Shown in pieces: positions 1 to 9,034 of a stretch of 64,000 bases of DNA. The DNA is from an uncultured Spirochaetota bacterium (lineage in GTDB: Bacteria > Spirochaetota > Spirochaetia > SZUA-6 > CAVTHK01), in the NCBI GenBank assembly GCA_963734495.1, contig CAVTHK010000006.1, positions 32,001 through 96,000 of the forward strand, in the 5' to 3' direction. The position numbers and the translations under genes are program-made. Under the pieces are notes generated by a model. That model was not told where the DNA came from, searched no databases, and saw nothing but the letters and a program-made list of their open reading frames with translations. Numbering within the stretch: position 1 is the stretch's first letter; every line of letters starts with the position of its first letter.

Positions 1-574
1 GAAAGCTGAAGGACCCCGCGGCGCCCAACGACCCTGCCGCCCGCCCCCGCCACACGGCGCCATGCGCCTGCGCCGCATCCTCGACCAGCGCGATGCCGCG
101 GCGGCGCGCAACCTCGCCGAGCGAGTCCATGTCGGCCGGCCTGCCGGCCATGTGGACCGCGATGATCGCCCGCGTGCGCCCGGTGACCGCCTCCTCGACC
201 TTTGCCGCGTCCAGGCAGAGCGTGTCGAGGTCGATGTCGGCGAACACCGGCGTGGCGCCCGCCAGCAGCGCCGCGGTCGCCGTGGCCACGAACGTGTATG
301 GGGGCACGATCACCTCGTCGCCCGGCCCGATGTCCAGCGCCCGCAGCACGATCTCCAGCGAGGCCGTGCCGTTGGTGACCGCCAGGGCCCGCCTGACGCC
401 CACCATCGCCGCGAAGCGCCGCTCGAGCTCCTCGGCCTTCGGGCCGAGGGTCCCCCATTTGCGGCTCTCGAGGACCTCGATGAGGGCCGCGCGCTCGCGC
501 TCGTCGTACTGCGGCCACGGCGGAAAGGGCCGCGCGCGCGTTCTATCGCCTCCGAGGATCGCCAGGCCAGCCAT
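1..574 (-). CDS. DegT/DnrJ/EryC1/StrS family PLP-dependent sugar aminotransferase (3' end runs off window; absent from ORF track)
   Basis: Manual minus-strand translation from ATG 574: MAGLAILGGDRTRARPFPPWPQYDERE...AVTNGTASLEIVLRALDIGPGDEVIVPPYTFVATA...VHMAGRPADMD...LVEDAAQAHGA...GSFSF; GGAGG RBS upstream. Confidence 0.93.
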   Translation of the reverse strand, partial: MAGLAILGGDRTRARPFPPWPQYDERERAALIEVLESRKWGTLGPKAEELERRFAAMVGVRRALAVTNGTASLEIVLRALDIGPGDEVIVPPYTFVATATAALLAGATPVFADIDLDTLCLDAAKVEEAVTGRTRAIIAVHMAGRPADMDSLGEVARRRGIALVEDAAQAHGAVWRGRAAGSLGAAGSFSF

Positions 575-693
575 GTCGGGCCTCCCGACTCCGACTATAG
601 CCGAAGCGGGCCGGCCGCGACAGGCGTGCCTCGAGTTGACGCGGCCCGCTCTGCCGCGTTCAATGCCGGCAGCCTGCAAGGGGGAAGCGAAAG

Positions 694-1716
694 ATGAAGG
701 ACATCAAGGCGGCGGTGGTCGGGCTCGGGCTCGGCCGCTATTTCGTCAACGCCTGCGCGGCCAGCAAGGTCGTGGGGCGGCTCGTGATCTGCGACACGGA
801 CCAGGCTCGTTGCGACCAGGTGCGCGCCGAAGTCCCCCGCATCGCCGCGGCTTACGCGGGGCTCGAGGAGATGCTGCGGGCGGAAAAGCCGGACGTCGTC
901 TGCATCGTCACTCCCGACCACATGCACAGGCCGCAGGCGGAGCTCTGCCTCGCCTCCGGCGCGAACGTGCTCATGACCAAGCCGCTGTCCACCACGCTCG
1001 AGGACGGCAAGGCGATCGTCCGCGCGGCGGAGCGGTCGGGCAGGAAGCTCATGGTCGCCCACGAGCGGCGCTTCCGCACGCGCGTCAAGGCGCTCAAGGC
1101 GCTGCTCGCCTCCGGCGAGCTCGGCGACCTCATCATGGTGCAGGCCAACCAGATCTCGGACAAGCGCGCCCAGTTCGCGAAGTCGCCCTGGTATGCTTCG
1201 CCCGCGGCGGGCAGGAGCGCCGTGGTCGGCACGGGGATCCACGAGATCGACCTGCTGCGCTTTCTCGTGAGCCGGCCGCTGCTCGGCGTGAGCGCGGTCG
1301 GCAACCGGATCGGCACCATGACGTTCCCGGCGGACAAGACCACGGCCACCGTGCTGCGGTTCGAGGGAGGCGTGATCGGCCAGACCGCGGTGAGCTACGA
1401 GTGCCACTGGCCGAAGGACGGCCCGCCGACCACTTCCTCCTCGTGGCCTCGCGCGGCGTGGTGTCCGGCGGCAGGGTCGCGCGCGACGGCCGCGACGGCT
1501 GGGAGGAGCTCCCCGTCGACGCGGTCGAGATCGCGGCCGGCTGCGCCGGCAGCGTGCACGCGTTCCTCGCGGCCGTCGTCGACGGCACGGACGTCGCCGT
1601 GCAGCCGCGCGACGCCTACGCGACGCTGGCGGCGTGCGTGGCCGCCGACGTGTCGGCGGCGACCGGAAGGACGGTCGTCCCCGACGCGGCGGACTTCACC
1701 TGGAGAATTCCTATAG
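694..1716 (+). CDS. Gfo/Idh/MocA family NAD(P)-dependent oxidoreductase (apparent frameshift near 1430; exact stop uncertain)
   Basis: AVVGLGLG Rossmann motif, VTPDHMH, LMTKPL, GIHEIDLL; C-terminal half (HFLLVASRGVV...YATLAACVAADVSAATG) continues in another frame. Confidence 0.85.
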   Translation: MKDIKAAVVGLGLGRYFVNACAASKVVGRLVICDTDQARCDQVRAEVPRIAAAYAGLEEMLRAEKPDVVCIVTPDHMHRPQAELCLASGANVLMTKPLSTTLEDGKAIVRAAERSGRKLMVAHERRFRTRVKALKALLASGELGDLIMVQANQISDKRAQFAKSPWYASPAAGRSAVVGTGIHEIDLLRFLVSRPLLGVSAVGNRIGTMTFPADKTTATVLRFEGGVIGQTAVSYECHWPKDGPPTTSSSWPRAAWCPAAGSRATAATAGRSSPSTRSRSRPAAPAACTRSSRPSSTARTSPCSRATPTRRWRRAWPPTCRRRPEGRSSPTRRTSPGEFL

Positions 1717-2721
1717 AGGCTCGGGCGCGAGCTCCCTGCCCGCCGCTCCCGAGCGGTCCGCGGCCACCGCGGCCGCGAGCGAGAGGAAGCCTTCGCGCAC
1801 CGACACGGCGACCTCGCGGTCGTTGACCACGCAGTCGATAAAGAGGTGCGTGAGGGTCGCGGACGAGGCCGGGATCGGGTTGTCGTCCTTGGGGATCGTC
1901 GTCCAGTCGTCCTTGCCGTCCATGCAGACCTTGTTGCCGACGATGACGCCCTTGCTCGCGACGAGGCGGAAGATGTCCTCGATCGCGCCGGCCTTGGGCC
2001 AGTGCGCCTCGTAGGTCACCGTGACCTGGGCGATGGCGCCGCCTTCGAAGCGGAAGAGCGCCGACGTGGTCTTGTCCGCGGGAAACGTCATCTCGCCGAG
2101 CTTGTTGCCGTAGCCGAACGCGCCGATGAGCGGCCGGCCGACGAGGAAACGCAGGACGTCGACCTGGTGGATGCCGCTTCCGACGAGGGCCGAGCGGCCG
2201 GCGGCGGGCGAGGCGTACCAGGGCGCGCGCTCGAACTGCTTCCGCTTGTCCTGGATGGAATCGCTCCTGATGTGGATGATCTCCCCGAGCTGTCCTGAGT
2301 CCAGCAGCTTCTTGACCTCGATAAAGAAGGGCCGGAAGCGGCGCTCGTGAGCCATCATGAGCTTGCGCCCGCGCGTGGCCGCTGCGTCGGCCGCCGCCAC
2401 GATGGCGCGCCCGTCCTCGAGGTTGGTGGCGAGCGGCTTGGTGAGCAGCACGTGGCACCCGGCCGCAAGGCACGTCGTCGCGTGCGGCCTGTGCAGGTGG
2501 TCCGGCGTGGTGACGCTCATGACGTCGGGACGCTCGCGCTTGAGCATCTCATCGAGGTCCGTGTAGATCGCGCTGACTTTCGCGTGTTTCGCCTTGAACG
2601 GCTCGAGGCGCGAGCGGTCGAGGTCGCAGAGAACGATGCGGTCGACGTGCGGCGAGTCCACGTACGCGGCCAGATGATGACGGCCGAGCCCCATCCCCAC
2701 GATGCCTGCCTTCAAACCCAT
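1711..2721 (-). CDS. Gfo/Idh/MocA family oxidoreductase
   Basis: Start MGLKAGIVGMGLG at ATG 2721 with AAGGA RBS; TTPDHLH, LLTKPLA, GIHQVDVL. Confidence 0.92.
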   Translation of the reverse strand: MGLKAGIVGMGLGRHHLAAYVDSPHVDRIVLCDLDRSRLEPFKAKHAKVSAIYTDLDEMLKRERPDVMSVTTPDHLHRPHATTCLAAGCHVLLTKPLATNLEDGRAIVAAADAAATRGRKLMMAHERRFRPFFIEVKKLLDSGQLGEIIHIRSDSIQDKRKQFERAPWYASPAAGRSALVGSGIHQVDVLRFLVGRPLIGAFGYGNKLGEMTFPADKTTSALFRFEGGAIAQVTVTYEAHWPKAGAIEDIFRLVASKGVIVGNKVCMDGKDDWTTIPKDDNPIPASSATLTHLFIDCVVNDREVAVSVREGFLSLAAAVAADRSGAAGRELAPEPL

Positions 2722-2783
2722 GGTTGTCCTTCCTTTTCCCCGGTTGCGTCGGGCGGCGCGCCGCGGAGCGGCCGTCCCCGCGC

Positions 2784-3815
2784 TCACTCGATCTTTATGC
2801 GCCGCCCCTCGGAGAGGAGGCCGGCTTCGTAGACCTTCATCAATTCCAGGGCGAACTCCAGGCCCCCGCGCTCCGCGCGCCTGCCCTCGATCACGCAGTC
2901 GCAGAAATACTTTGTCTCCGCGTAGATGCCCTGCGTGAACAGGTTCGCGTTCTCGATCGTCGCCAGGCAGTTCTGGGCCTCCCAGACGATCGCGCCCGTG
3001 TCGAAGCCCGCGGGCATGAACGTGTGCGTGTTGGTGGGGCCGTAGGCCCGGTAGAGCGCCAGACGCGTGTTGTTGGTGATGTCGCAGTGCCACCCCTCGC
3101 CGTACAGCGAGTAAGCTTCCATCGGGTGCGGGCCCGAGCCCATGTGGAAGTTGCCGATGACGCCCGACGCGAAGTTCATGATGAACGCGCCGTGGCCCGA
3201 AGCGTTGGTGTGCGCCACGATGCTCTCGACCTTGCCGCCGATGGCCATGAGAAACGCGACGGGGTGGACGCCGTTGGCGAGCCAGTTGATGAACTCCCCG
3301 CCGTCGAGGACCTTCTGCCCGTTCGCCGGGATCGTCATGGGGTAGACGCCCAGGATCGTGTGCAGCTTCCCGAACTGCGGCGAGGCCACGATCTCCAGCG
3401 CCTTGTCGACGACGGGCATAAAGGCTTTCTTGAATCCGACGACCACGACCCGGTCGCGGCGATGGGCGATCATCTTCTCGATGCCGGAGACGCGCATCGC
3501 CGGCGGTTTTTCCAGCCAGACGTGCAGGCCGGCGTCGAGAGCCTCGCAGACGAGGTCCGGGTGCTCCTCGGGGCCGACGCAGACAAAGACGACGTCGAGC
3601 TTTTCCTTGGCGTACATCTCGGCCGCGCTCATGTAACAGCGGCAGCCGAACTCGGCGGCGGTGAGGCGGGCGCGCTCGACGTCGCTGTGCGCGGCGATCG
3701 CCTCGAGCTGCACCGGGAGGTGGTGGAGGGTCGCGAACAGCGTGCGGTAGGAGTGCTTGCCGATTCCCACCATGCCGGCCTTGAGCCGCTTCGGGTATTC
3801 CCTCTGGAAGTACAT
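2784..3815 (-). CDS. Gfo/Idh/MocA family oxidoreductase
   Basis: GMVGIGKH Rossmann motif, HVWLEKPP motif; GGGGAG RBS. Confidence 0.9.
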   Translation of the reverse strand: MYFQREYPKRLKAGMVGIGKHSYRTLFATLHHLPVQLEAIAAHSDVERARLTAAEFGCRCYMSAAEMYAKEKLDVVFVCVGPEEHPDLVCEALDAGLHVWLEKPPAMRVSGIEKMIAHRRDRVVVVGFKKAFMPVVDKALEIVASPQFGKLHTILGVYPMTIPANGQKVLDGGEFINWLANGVHPVAFLMAIGGKVESIVAHTNASGHGAFIMNFASGVIGNFHMGSGPHPMEAYSLYGEGWHCDITNNTRLALYRAYGPTNTHTFMPAGFDTGAIVWEAQNCLATIENANLFTQGIYAETKYFCDCVIEGRRAERGGLEFALELMKVYEAGLLSEGRRIKIE

Positions 3816-4055
3816 CGGTCTTCTCCCCCTTTTATTCGACCTGCTTGAGCTCCCTGAAACGCGAGGCGGCGATCACGATCGGGATCGCCAGCACCAGCAC
3901 GTAGGACAATCCCCGGAGCTTGCGGCTCTTGGGCGCGCAGATTCTACATCAGACGGGCGCGCAGCATAAAGAGGCGGGCCGGTCCCGGCCGGCTCCGCCT
4001 CTCAGGTAGAGATCCTGCGGCTCACCTGGCGTTGCAGCGATCGATGATCGCCTGC

Positions 4056-4299
4056 GGGACCTTTCGGGGACCAGGGCGCATCCTCCGGACCCTCGGGACG
4101 TTCCCGACCTTCGGTCGGGACCAGGGCGCCTGTCCCTTGGGTGGCGCCGTCGCCATCCCTGGCGGCGCACCTCCTCGCTCCGCTCGGAGCCTCCGGACCC
4201 CCGGGGACGTTCCCGACCTTCGGTCGGGACCAGGGCGCCTGTGCCTTGGGTGGCGCCGTCGCCATCCCTGGCGGCGCCACCCCCGGGACGTCCTGTCCC
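4056..4299. repeat. Intergenic tandem direct repeat: two ~87-bp near-identical palindromic units (4082-4168, 4190-4277) plus partial flanking copies; REP/BIME-like
   Basis: Unit cctccggaccc..gacgttcccgaccttcggtcgggaccagggcgcctgtSccttgggtggcgccgtcgccatccctggcggcgc, period ~108-109 bp, internal hairpins. Confidence 0.85.
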
Positions 4300-4361
4300 T
4301 TGACTCTGCCGGGAGGCGCCGTCTACGCTGTCGGCGATTCCTCGCGCGTCTGGGGGTGCCA

Positions 4362-4856
4362 GTGGACAAGAGCAGGCCGATCTGGATCGGCAACGATCAC
4401 GGCGGTTACGACATGAAGAAGGACCTGGTCAAGCGTCTTCTGGAGAAGGGCTACAAGATCCACGACGTGGGCACCGATTCGACGGACATCGTGCGATACC
4501 CCTATTTCGCAGCCGAGGTCGCGGGCGCGGTCTCCCGCGGCGAAGCCGAGGCGGGCATCCTCATCTGCTCGACGGGCATCGGGATGAGCATCATTGCGAA
4601 CAAGTTCAAGGGCGTGCGCGCTTCGCACTGCACCAGCACGTACCAGGCGAAGATGACCCGCGCCCACAACAACTCGAACATCCTCTGCCTCGGAGGGCGG
4701 ATCACGGGGATATTCGAGGCGCTCGACATGCTGGAGGTCTGGCTGGACACCCCCTACGAGGGCGGCCGCCACGACATATCCCTCGGCCTCATCGAGGAGG
4801 CCGAGCGCGAGATCGCGAATCCGAAGGGGTGGGTGCCCAAAGGGCCGCGAAAGTAG
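4362..4856 (+). CDS. rpiB: Ribose-5-phosphate isomerase B
   Basis: IGNDHGG, ILICSTGIGMSIIANKFKGVRA, TRAHNNSNILCLGGR, YEGGRH; GTG start. Confidence 0.95.
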   Translation: MDKSRPIWIGNDHGGYDMKKDLVKRLLEKGYKIHDVGTDSTDIVRYPYFAAEVAGAVSRGEAEAGILICSTGIGMSIIANKFKGVRASHCTSTYQAKMTRAHNNSNILCLGGRITGIFEALDMLEVWLDTPYEGGRHDISLGLIEEAEREIANPKGWVPKGPRK

Positions 4857-4904
4857 CCCGCACGGCGCGGCCCCGCGGGGAGCGAGGCCCGGCGCGGGTC
4901 GGGA

Positions 4905-5264
4905 TCAGGCCGGGTGGAAGTCCCGCCTCCCCGTGTCGTAGCAGACGACCATGTCTGCGTCCACCTTCGAGATGTTTCGCGCACTGTGCGGCACGCCGCG
5001 CGGGATCACGATGGTGTCGCCCGGGTCGAGGGTCACTGTCTCGTCGCCGATGGCGTGCTCGAGGCGTCCCGAGAGCAGAGTGAGGATCTCCTCGCACGAG
5101 GCGTGATAGTGGCGGGGGTTCGAAGCTCCCGGCTTGATGACGACGCGGCCCACCGTGAGACAGTCCGTGTTTCCCACGACGCTGCTCGCCAGCCAGGTGA
5201 GGCTGCCCCAGGCTTCGTCGATCCGTTGTTTCCGCGCATCGCCCGCCCGCCTCACGCCGTCCAT
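4905..5264 (-). CDS. Cupin domain protein
   Basis: PGASNPRHYHASCEEILTLLSG and GDTIVIPRGVPHSARN cupin motifs; AGGAGGAGG RBS. Confidence 0.88.
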   Translation of the reverse strand: MDGVRRAGDARKQRIDEAWGSLTWLASSVVGNTDCLTVGRVVIKPGASNPRHYHASCEEILTLLSGRLEHAIGDETVTLDPGDTIVIPRGVPHSARNISKVDADMVVCYDTGRRDFHPA

Positions 5265-5278
5265 CCATCCTCCTCCTG

Positions 5279-5327
5279 TGACCTGGCGCCTGCGCCAGAT
5301 CCCAAGCCCCTGTCCTCGGCGGGGCCC
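5279..5327 (-). promoter_or_regulatory. Conserved two-hairpin 5'-leader element, copy A (cupin gene)
   Basis: GGGCCCC-N10-GGGGCTT-GG-GATCTGGCG-CAGG-CGCCAGGTC-AC-AGGAGG; same architecture at 10057-10105 and 29282-29321. Confidence 0.65.
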
Positions 5328-5440
5328 ACTCGGCGGGGCCCGCGGTTGTCATCCTGTCCGCGCCACTGTATTCTGCGCGGTAGGCGTCCTGCAAGCCCGC
5401 CCGCGCTCGGGTCTCGTGCGTCTTCCGGAAGGAGGGTGCT

Positions 5441-6340
5441 ATGGTCACGTTCCCGATCGACACGAAGAATCGCAAGGTGCCTGTGATTCCTGCCAGAGGC
5501 GAGCGGCTGCGTCTGCTGATCGACACGGATGCGAAGAACGAGATCGACGACCAGTACGCCCTCGCCCTGGCGATCCACTCGCCGGACCGCTTCGACATCG
5601 AGGGGTTCGTAGCCGCCAATTTCGACAACGCCCGCGGCGGCCCCGACGGCGTCGACAAATCGGCGCGCGAGATCGAGCTGGTTCTCAAGAAGGCCGGCAT
5701 GGCGGGCCGGTGGCCCGTCAAGCGGGGCTCCGATCCGCTCCAGTACCAGTTCAAGCCGGTGATGAGCGAAGGGGTCGACTTCATCATTGAGCGTGCGATG
5801 GCGGGCACTCCGGACCGCCCCCTGTGGATCGTCGGCCTCGGGGCCGCGACCAACATGGCGTCCGCGATGCTCAAGGAGCCGCGGATCATCGAGCGCGTCG
5901 TGGTGTTCTGGCACTTCCGCACCCGCTGGCCGGAAAAGTGCTGGAACTTCAACGTCTTCGGCGACGTGCGGGCCGCGCGCCTGCTGTTCCACTCGCCGTG
6001 CTCCTTCGCGCTCTTCGACACGGGAACGCACCTGACGCTCCCCATGGAGGAGTCGGCGCAGAAGCTCGCGCCGCACGGCGAGCTCGGGCGCTACCTCCAC
6101 GAGTACCGGCTCACCGATCCCGGTTTTCAAAAGCCGACCAAGGGCTTCTACGACCTCGGCGACATCGCCGCGCTCCTCGACCCGGACCTCGCGTGCTGGG
6201 AGGAGACCGATTGCCCCGAAGTCCGCTGGGATCTGGTCTACGAGTTCACCGGGAGAATGGGGCGCATCCTGCGCTGCTACCACGTGGACCGGGACCGGAC
6301 GTTCCAGCTGCTCTTCGACAGGATCGCTGCCCGCGCGTGA
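5441..6340 (+). CDS. Inosine/uridine-preferring nucleoside hydrolase family protein
   Basis: LLIDTDAKNEIDDQYAL Asp-rich N-terminal motif, LGAATNMA, NFNVFGD, YDLGD. Confidence 0.88.
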   Translation: MVTFPIDTKNRKVPVIPARGERLRLLIDTDAKNEIDDQYALALAIHSPDRFDIEGFVAANFDNARGGPDGVDKSAREIELVLKKAGMAGRWPVKRGSDPLQYQFKPVMSEGVDFIIERAMAGTPDRPLWIVGLGAATNMASAMLKEPRIIERVVVFWHFRTRWPEKCWNFNVFGDVRAARLLFHSPCSFALFDTGTHLTLPMEESAQKLAPHGELGRYLHEYRLTDPGFQKPTKGFYDLGDIAALLDPDLACWEETDCPEVRWDLVYEFTGRMGRILRCYHVDRDRTFQLLFDRIAARA

Positions 6341-6401
6341 CCGCGGGCAGGCGAATTGAGGCGAATTGCTCCCCGCGCGGCCTTTCGGTAACTTGAGAAG
6401 C

Positions 6402-7997
6402 ATGGATCCACTGCTGCTCGTCAACGGCGATTTCATCACCATGGACCCCACCCGGCCGCGCGTCCAGGCGCTGCTCGCCGAGGGCGAGCGGATCCGGGCG
6501 ATCGGAACCGATGCCGAGGTCTCCGCCCTCGCGGCTCCCGGCGCCCTGCGCATCGACCTCGGCGGCAAGACAGCGGTGCCCGGCTTCAACGACAACCACA
6601 TCCACGCGGTGAGCGGCGGACACCACTCCCAACGGGCCCTGCTCTACGGCATGGACGCCGACGCGATCATCGCGCACCTGCGCGAGCGCCACAACGGCAT
6701 CTCGAAGGGCGGGCTGATCAGCGGTTTCGGATGGGACTACGAGACCTGCCCGAATCCGCATCGGCGCATCCTCGACGAGGCCTTCCCCGGCCATCCCGTG
6801 GTGCTGCACCAGTTCTCGGGCCACGCGGTCTGGGCGAGCTCAGAAGCGTTGCGCAGGATGCGCATCGATCGCCGGACGCCCGACCCGCCGCATGGCAGGA
6901 TCATCCGCGACGAAGCCGGCGAGCCGACCGGGGTGCTGCGCGAGATGGGGAACAACCCCTGGCTTCGCAAGCAGTTCGCGCAGCGTCATTCGCACCCGCC
7001 GTCCATCAGGAAGTACCTCCTGAAGGCGATGGAGGACTACCGCAGGCTGGGGATCACGTCGGTGCAGGACAACACGTGGTTCCCTCCCGTGCTCGGCGTG
7101 CTGGCAGCGCTGCGGCGCGAAGGCCGGCTCACGACCCGCTTCGCGTACTGGTTCCACGGCGAGAGGCGGTGGGAGGCGCTGCTGATGCGGATGCGGCGTC
7201 TGAACGACTCCTGGCTGCGTCCGGGTCCGTGGAAATACTTCCTCGACGGCACGTTCTCGGCGAGGAGCGCCTGGCTCACGGAACCTTACGCCGACGAGAG
7301 CGAGCACAGCGGCCTCGGCAAGAGCCGCGCGCAGATCCTGCCGCTGCTCGAGCCCCACGTGCGCTCGCGCGACCCCCGCGGCCGTGAGCAGGTCGCCTGC
7401 CACGCCATCGGCGACCGGGCGATCCAGGAGTACCTCGACGCGGTAGAGGAGCTCTCGGCGCGCTACCCGTGGATCACCTCGATGCGCCTGCGCATCGAGC
7501 ACGGCCAGCTCATCCGCGGCGAGGACATCCCCCGGCTTCGACGGCTCGGAGTGGTGATCTCGGCGCAGCCCCACGCCCTCGGGACGCCTGAAAAGGACGC
7601 GCGGCTTCTCGGCGCCGGACGCGCGGAGCGCGCTTACCCCTATCGGTCGCTGCTCGACGAGGGGGTGGCCCTCTGCTTCGGCTCCGACTTTCCCGGCGAG
7701 CCGACGCTCGATCCCATGCTCGGGATCCACTACGTCGTCAACCGCAGCGGTCCGGAGCGGATCACCGTCGAGGAGGCGCTGCGCTGCTACACCGTCGGGA
7801 GCGCGTACGCGGAGTTCGAGGAGGACGCCAAGGGGAGCCTCGCGCCGGGCAAGATGGCCGACATCGCGGTGCTTTCCGCGGACCCGACCGCGGTCGCGAG
7901 CGAGCGGCTCCGCGAGATCCGAGTCGAGATGACGATCTCGGGCGGTCGCGTTGTGCACCAGCTCGTGCGTGACAAAAGCGCGGCGGCGGTGACGTAG
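6402..7997 (+). CDS. Amidohydrolase (Amidohydro_3 / YtcJ-like)
   Basis: DLGGKTAVPGFNDNHIH, GEPTGVLRE, KYFLDG, CHAIGDRA, RIEHGQ, FGSDFP, KGSLAPGKMADIAVL. Confidence 0.92.
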   Translation: MDPLLLVNGDFITMDPTRPRVQALLAEGERIRAIGTDAEVSALAAPGALRIDLGGKTAVPGFNDNHIHAVSGGHHSQRALLYGMDADAIIAHLRERHNGISKGGLISGFGWDYETCPNPHRRILDEAFPGHPVVLHQFSGHAVWASSEALRRMRIDRRTPDPPHGRIIRDEAGEPTGVLREMGNNPWLRKQFAQRHSHPPSIRKYLLKAMEDYRRLGITSVQDNTWFPPVLGVLAALRREGRLTTRFAYWFHGERRWEALLMRMRRLNDSWLRPGPWKYFLDGTFSARSAWLTEPYADESEHSGLGKSRAQILPLLEPHVRSRDPRGREQVACHAIGDRAIQEYLDAVEELSARYPWITSMRLRIEHGQLIRGEDIPRLRRLGVVISAQPHALGTPEKDARLLGAGRAERAYPYRSLLDEGVALCFGSDFPGEPTLDPMLGIHYVVNRSGPERITVEEALRCYTVGSAYAEFEEDAKGSLAPGKMADIAVLSADPTAVASERLREIRVEMTISGGRVVHQLVRDKSAAAVT

Positions 7998-8034
7998 CCC
8001 CGGGGACGCGGCCCGGCCCTCGCGGGGCCCCCGC

Positions 8035-9027
8035 TCAGGCCATGCGGTCCAGCATGTCGAGCGTGACCTCGTGCTCCAGCGGCTGCCCGGCGGCCCAGCG
8101 GCGGTATTCGTCGATCATGCTGTCCGCCATGCGCCGCACTTCGTCCCCCTTGGATCCTGCTATGTGCGACGAGAGCTGGACGTTCGCAAGCGAGTACAGA
8201 GGCGAGCCCGGAGCGGGAGGCTCGGGCCACGTGACGTCGAGGAGGGCGTTCAGGTCCGGCCGCTCGCGCAGGACGGAGATCAGGTCGGCCTCCACGACCG
8301 TGGCCCCGCGTCCCGTGTTGATAAAGGTCGCGTCCTTCCTCATCATGCGGAACAGCCGTCCGTTCAGCAGGCCGGCCGTCTCGGGCAGATTTGGCGTGTG
8401 GTTGGAGACGACATAGCCGCGCTGGAACGCCTCTTCGAGCGAAACCTTTTCAGCGCCGAGGCGGGCCGCTTCGGCCGCGTCGACGAACGGGTCGTAGATC
8501 AGGACGCGCAGGTCGACGCCCGCCAGCAGCTCGATGAGCCTGCGGGCGACCTTGCCGGCCCCCAGCAGCGAGACGCTCTCCCCGTAGCATCCGGGCCCCG
8601 AAAAGAAGGGCCCGCCGCCGCGGCCTGCCCGCTCCCTGACCTCGCGCGTGTTCCGGAACCAGCCCTTGCACGACAGGATGATCTGGGACAGCGCGAGCTC
8701 GGCCACGGGGACCGCGTTGGCGGCCCAGGCGCTCGACACCTTGATGCCGCGCTCGAGGAAAGGCCGCGCGAACCCCCGCACCGAGCCGGCCGCATAGAAG
8801 ACGGCCTCGAGCGACGGCAGCCGCGCTATCCGGGCCGCGTTCAGAGGCGGCATGCCCCACGTCGAGAACACGGCCTGGATGCCCGCGAGGGACTCGGCCT
8901 CCGAACCCGCGACCACGCGCGGATGCAGGTCCGCGATCTCCGCGATCCGCTGTCGCCGCTCGCGGTCGAAGACCGCCTCGAGCCGCTCCGCGTCGTCGCC
9001 GAAGAGCGCGACCCTGCGCCGTTCCAC
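8035..9027 (-). CDS. D-isomer-specific 2-hydroxyacid dehydrogenase
   Basis: YAAGSVR, ANAVPVAE, LLGAGKVAR, FINTGRG, LDVTWPEP, SHIAGS; fused to the upstream gene in the ORF track only because of frameshifts. Confidence 0.88.
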   Translation of the reverse strand: MERRRVALFGDDAERLEAVFDRERRQRIAEIADLHPRVVAGSEAESLAGIQAVFSTWGMPPLNAARIARLPSLEAVFYAAGSVRGFARPFLERGIKVSSAWAANAVPVAELALSQIILSCKGWFRNTREVRERAGRGGGPFFSGPGCYGESVSLLGAGKVARRLIELLAGVDLRVLIYDPFVDAAEAARLGAEKVSLEEAFQRGYVVSNHTPNLPETAGLLNGRLFRMMRKDATFINTGRGATVVEADLISVLRERPDLNALLDVTWPEPPAPGSPLYSLANVQLSSHIAGSKGDEVRRMADSMIDEYRRWAAGQPLEHEVTLDMLDRMA

Positions 9028-9034
9028 CGGCGGC

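Noticed and set aside
4056-4299. CRISPR array
   Set aside because: Units are ~87 bp, there are only two full copies, no series of unique spacers, and no cas genes.
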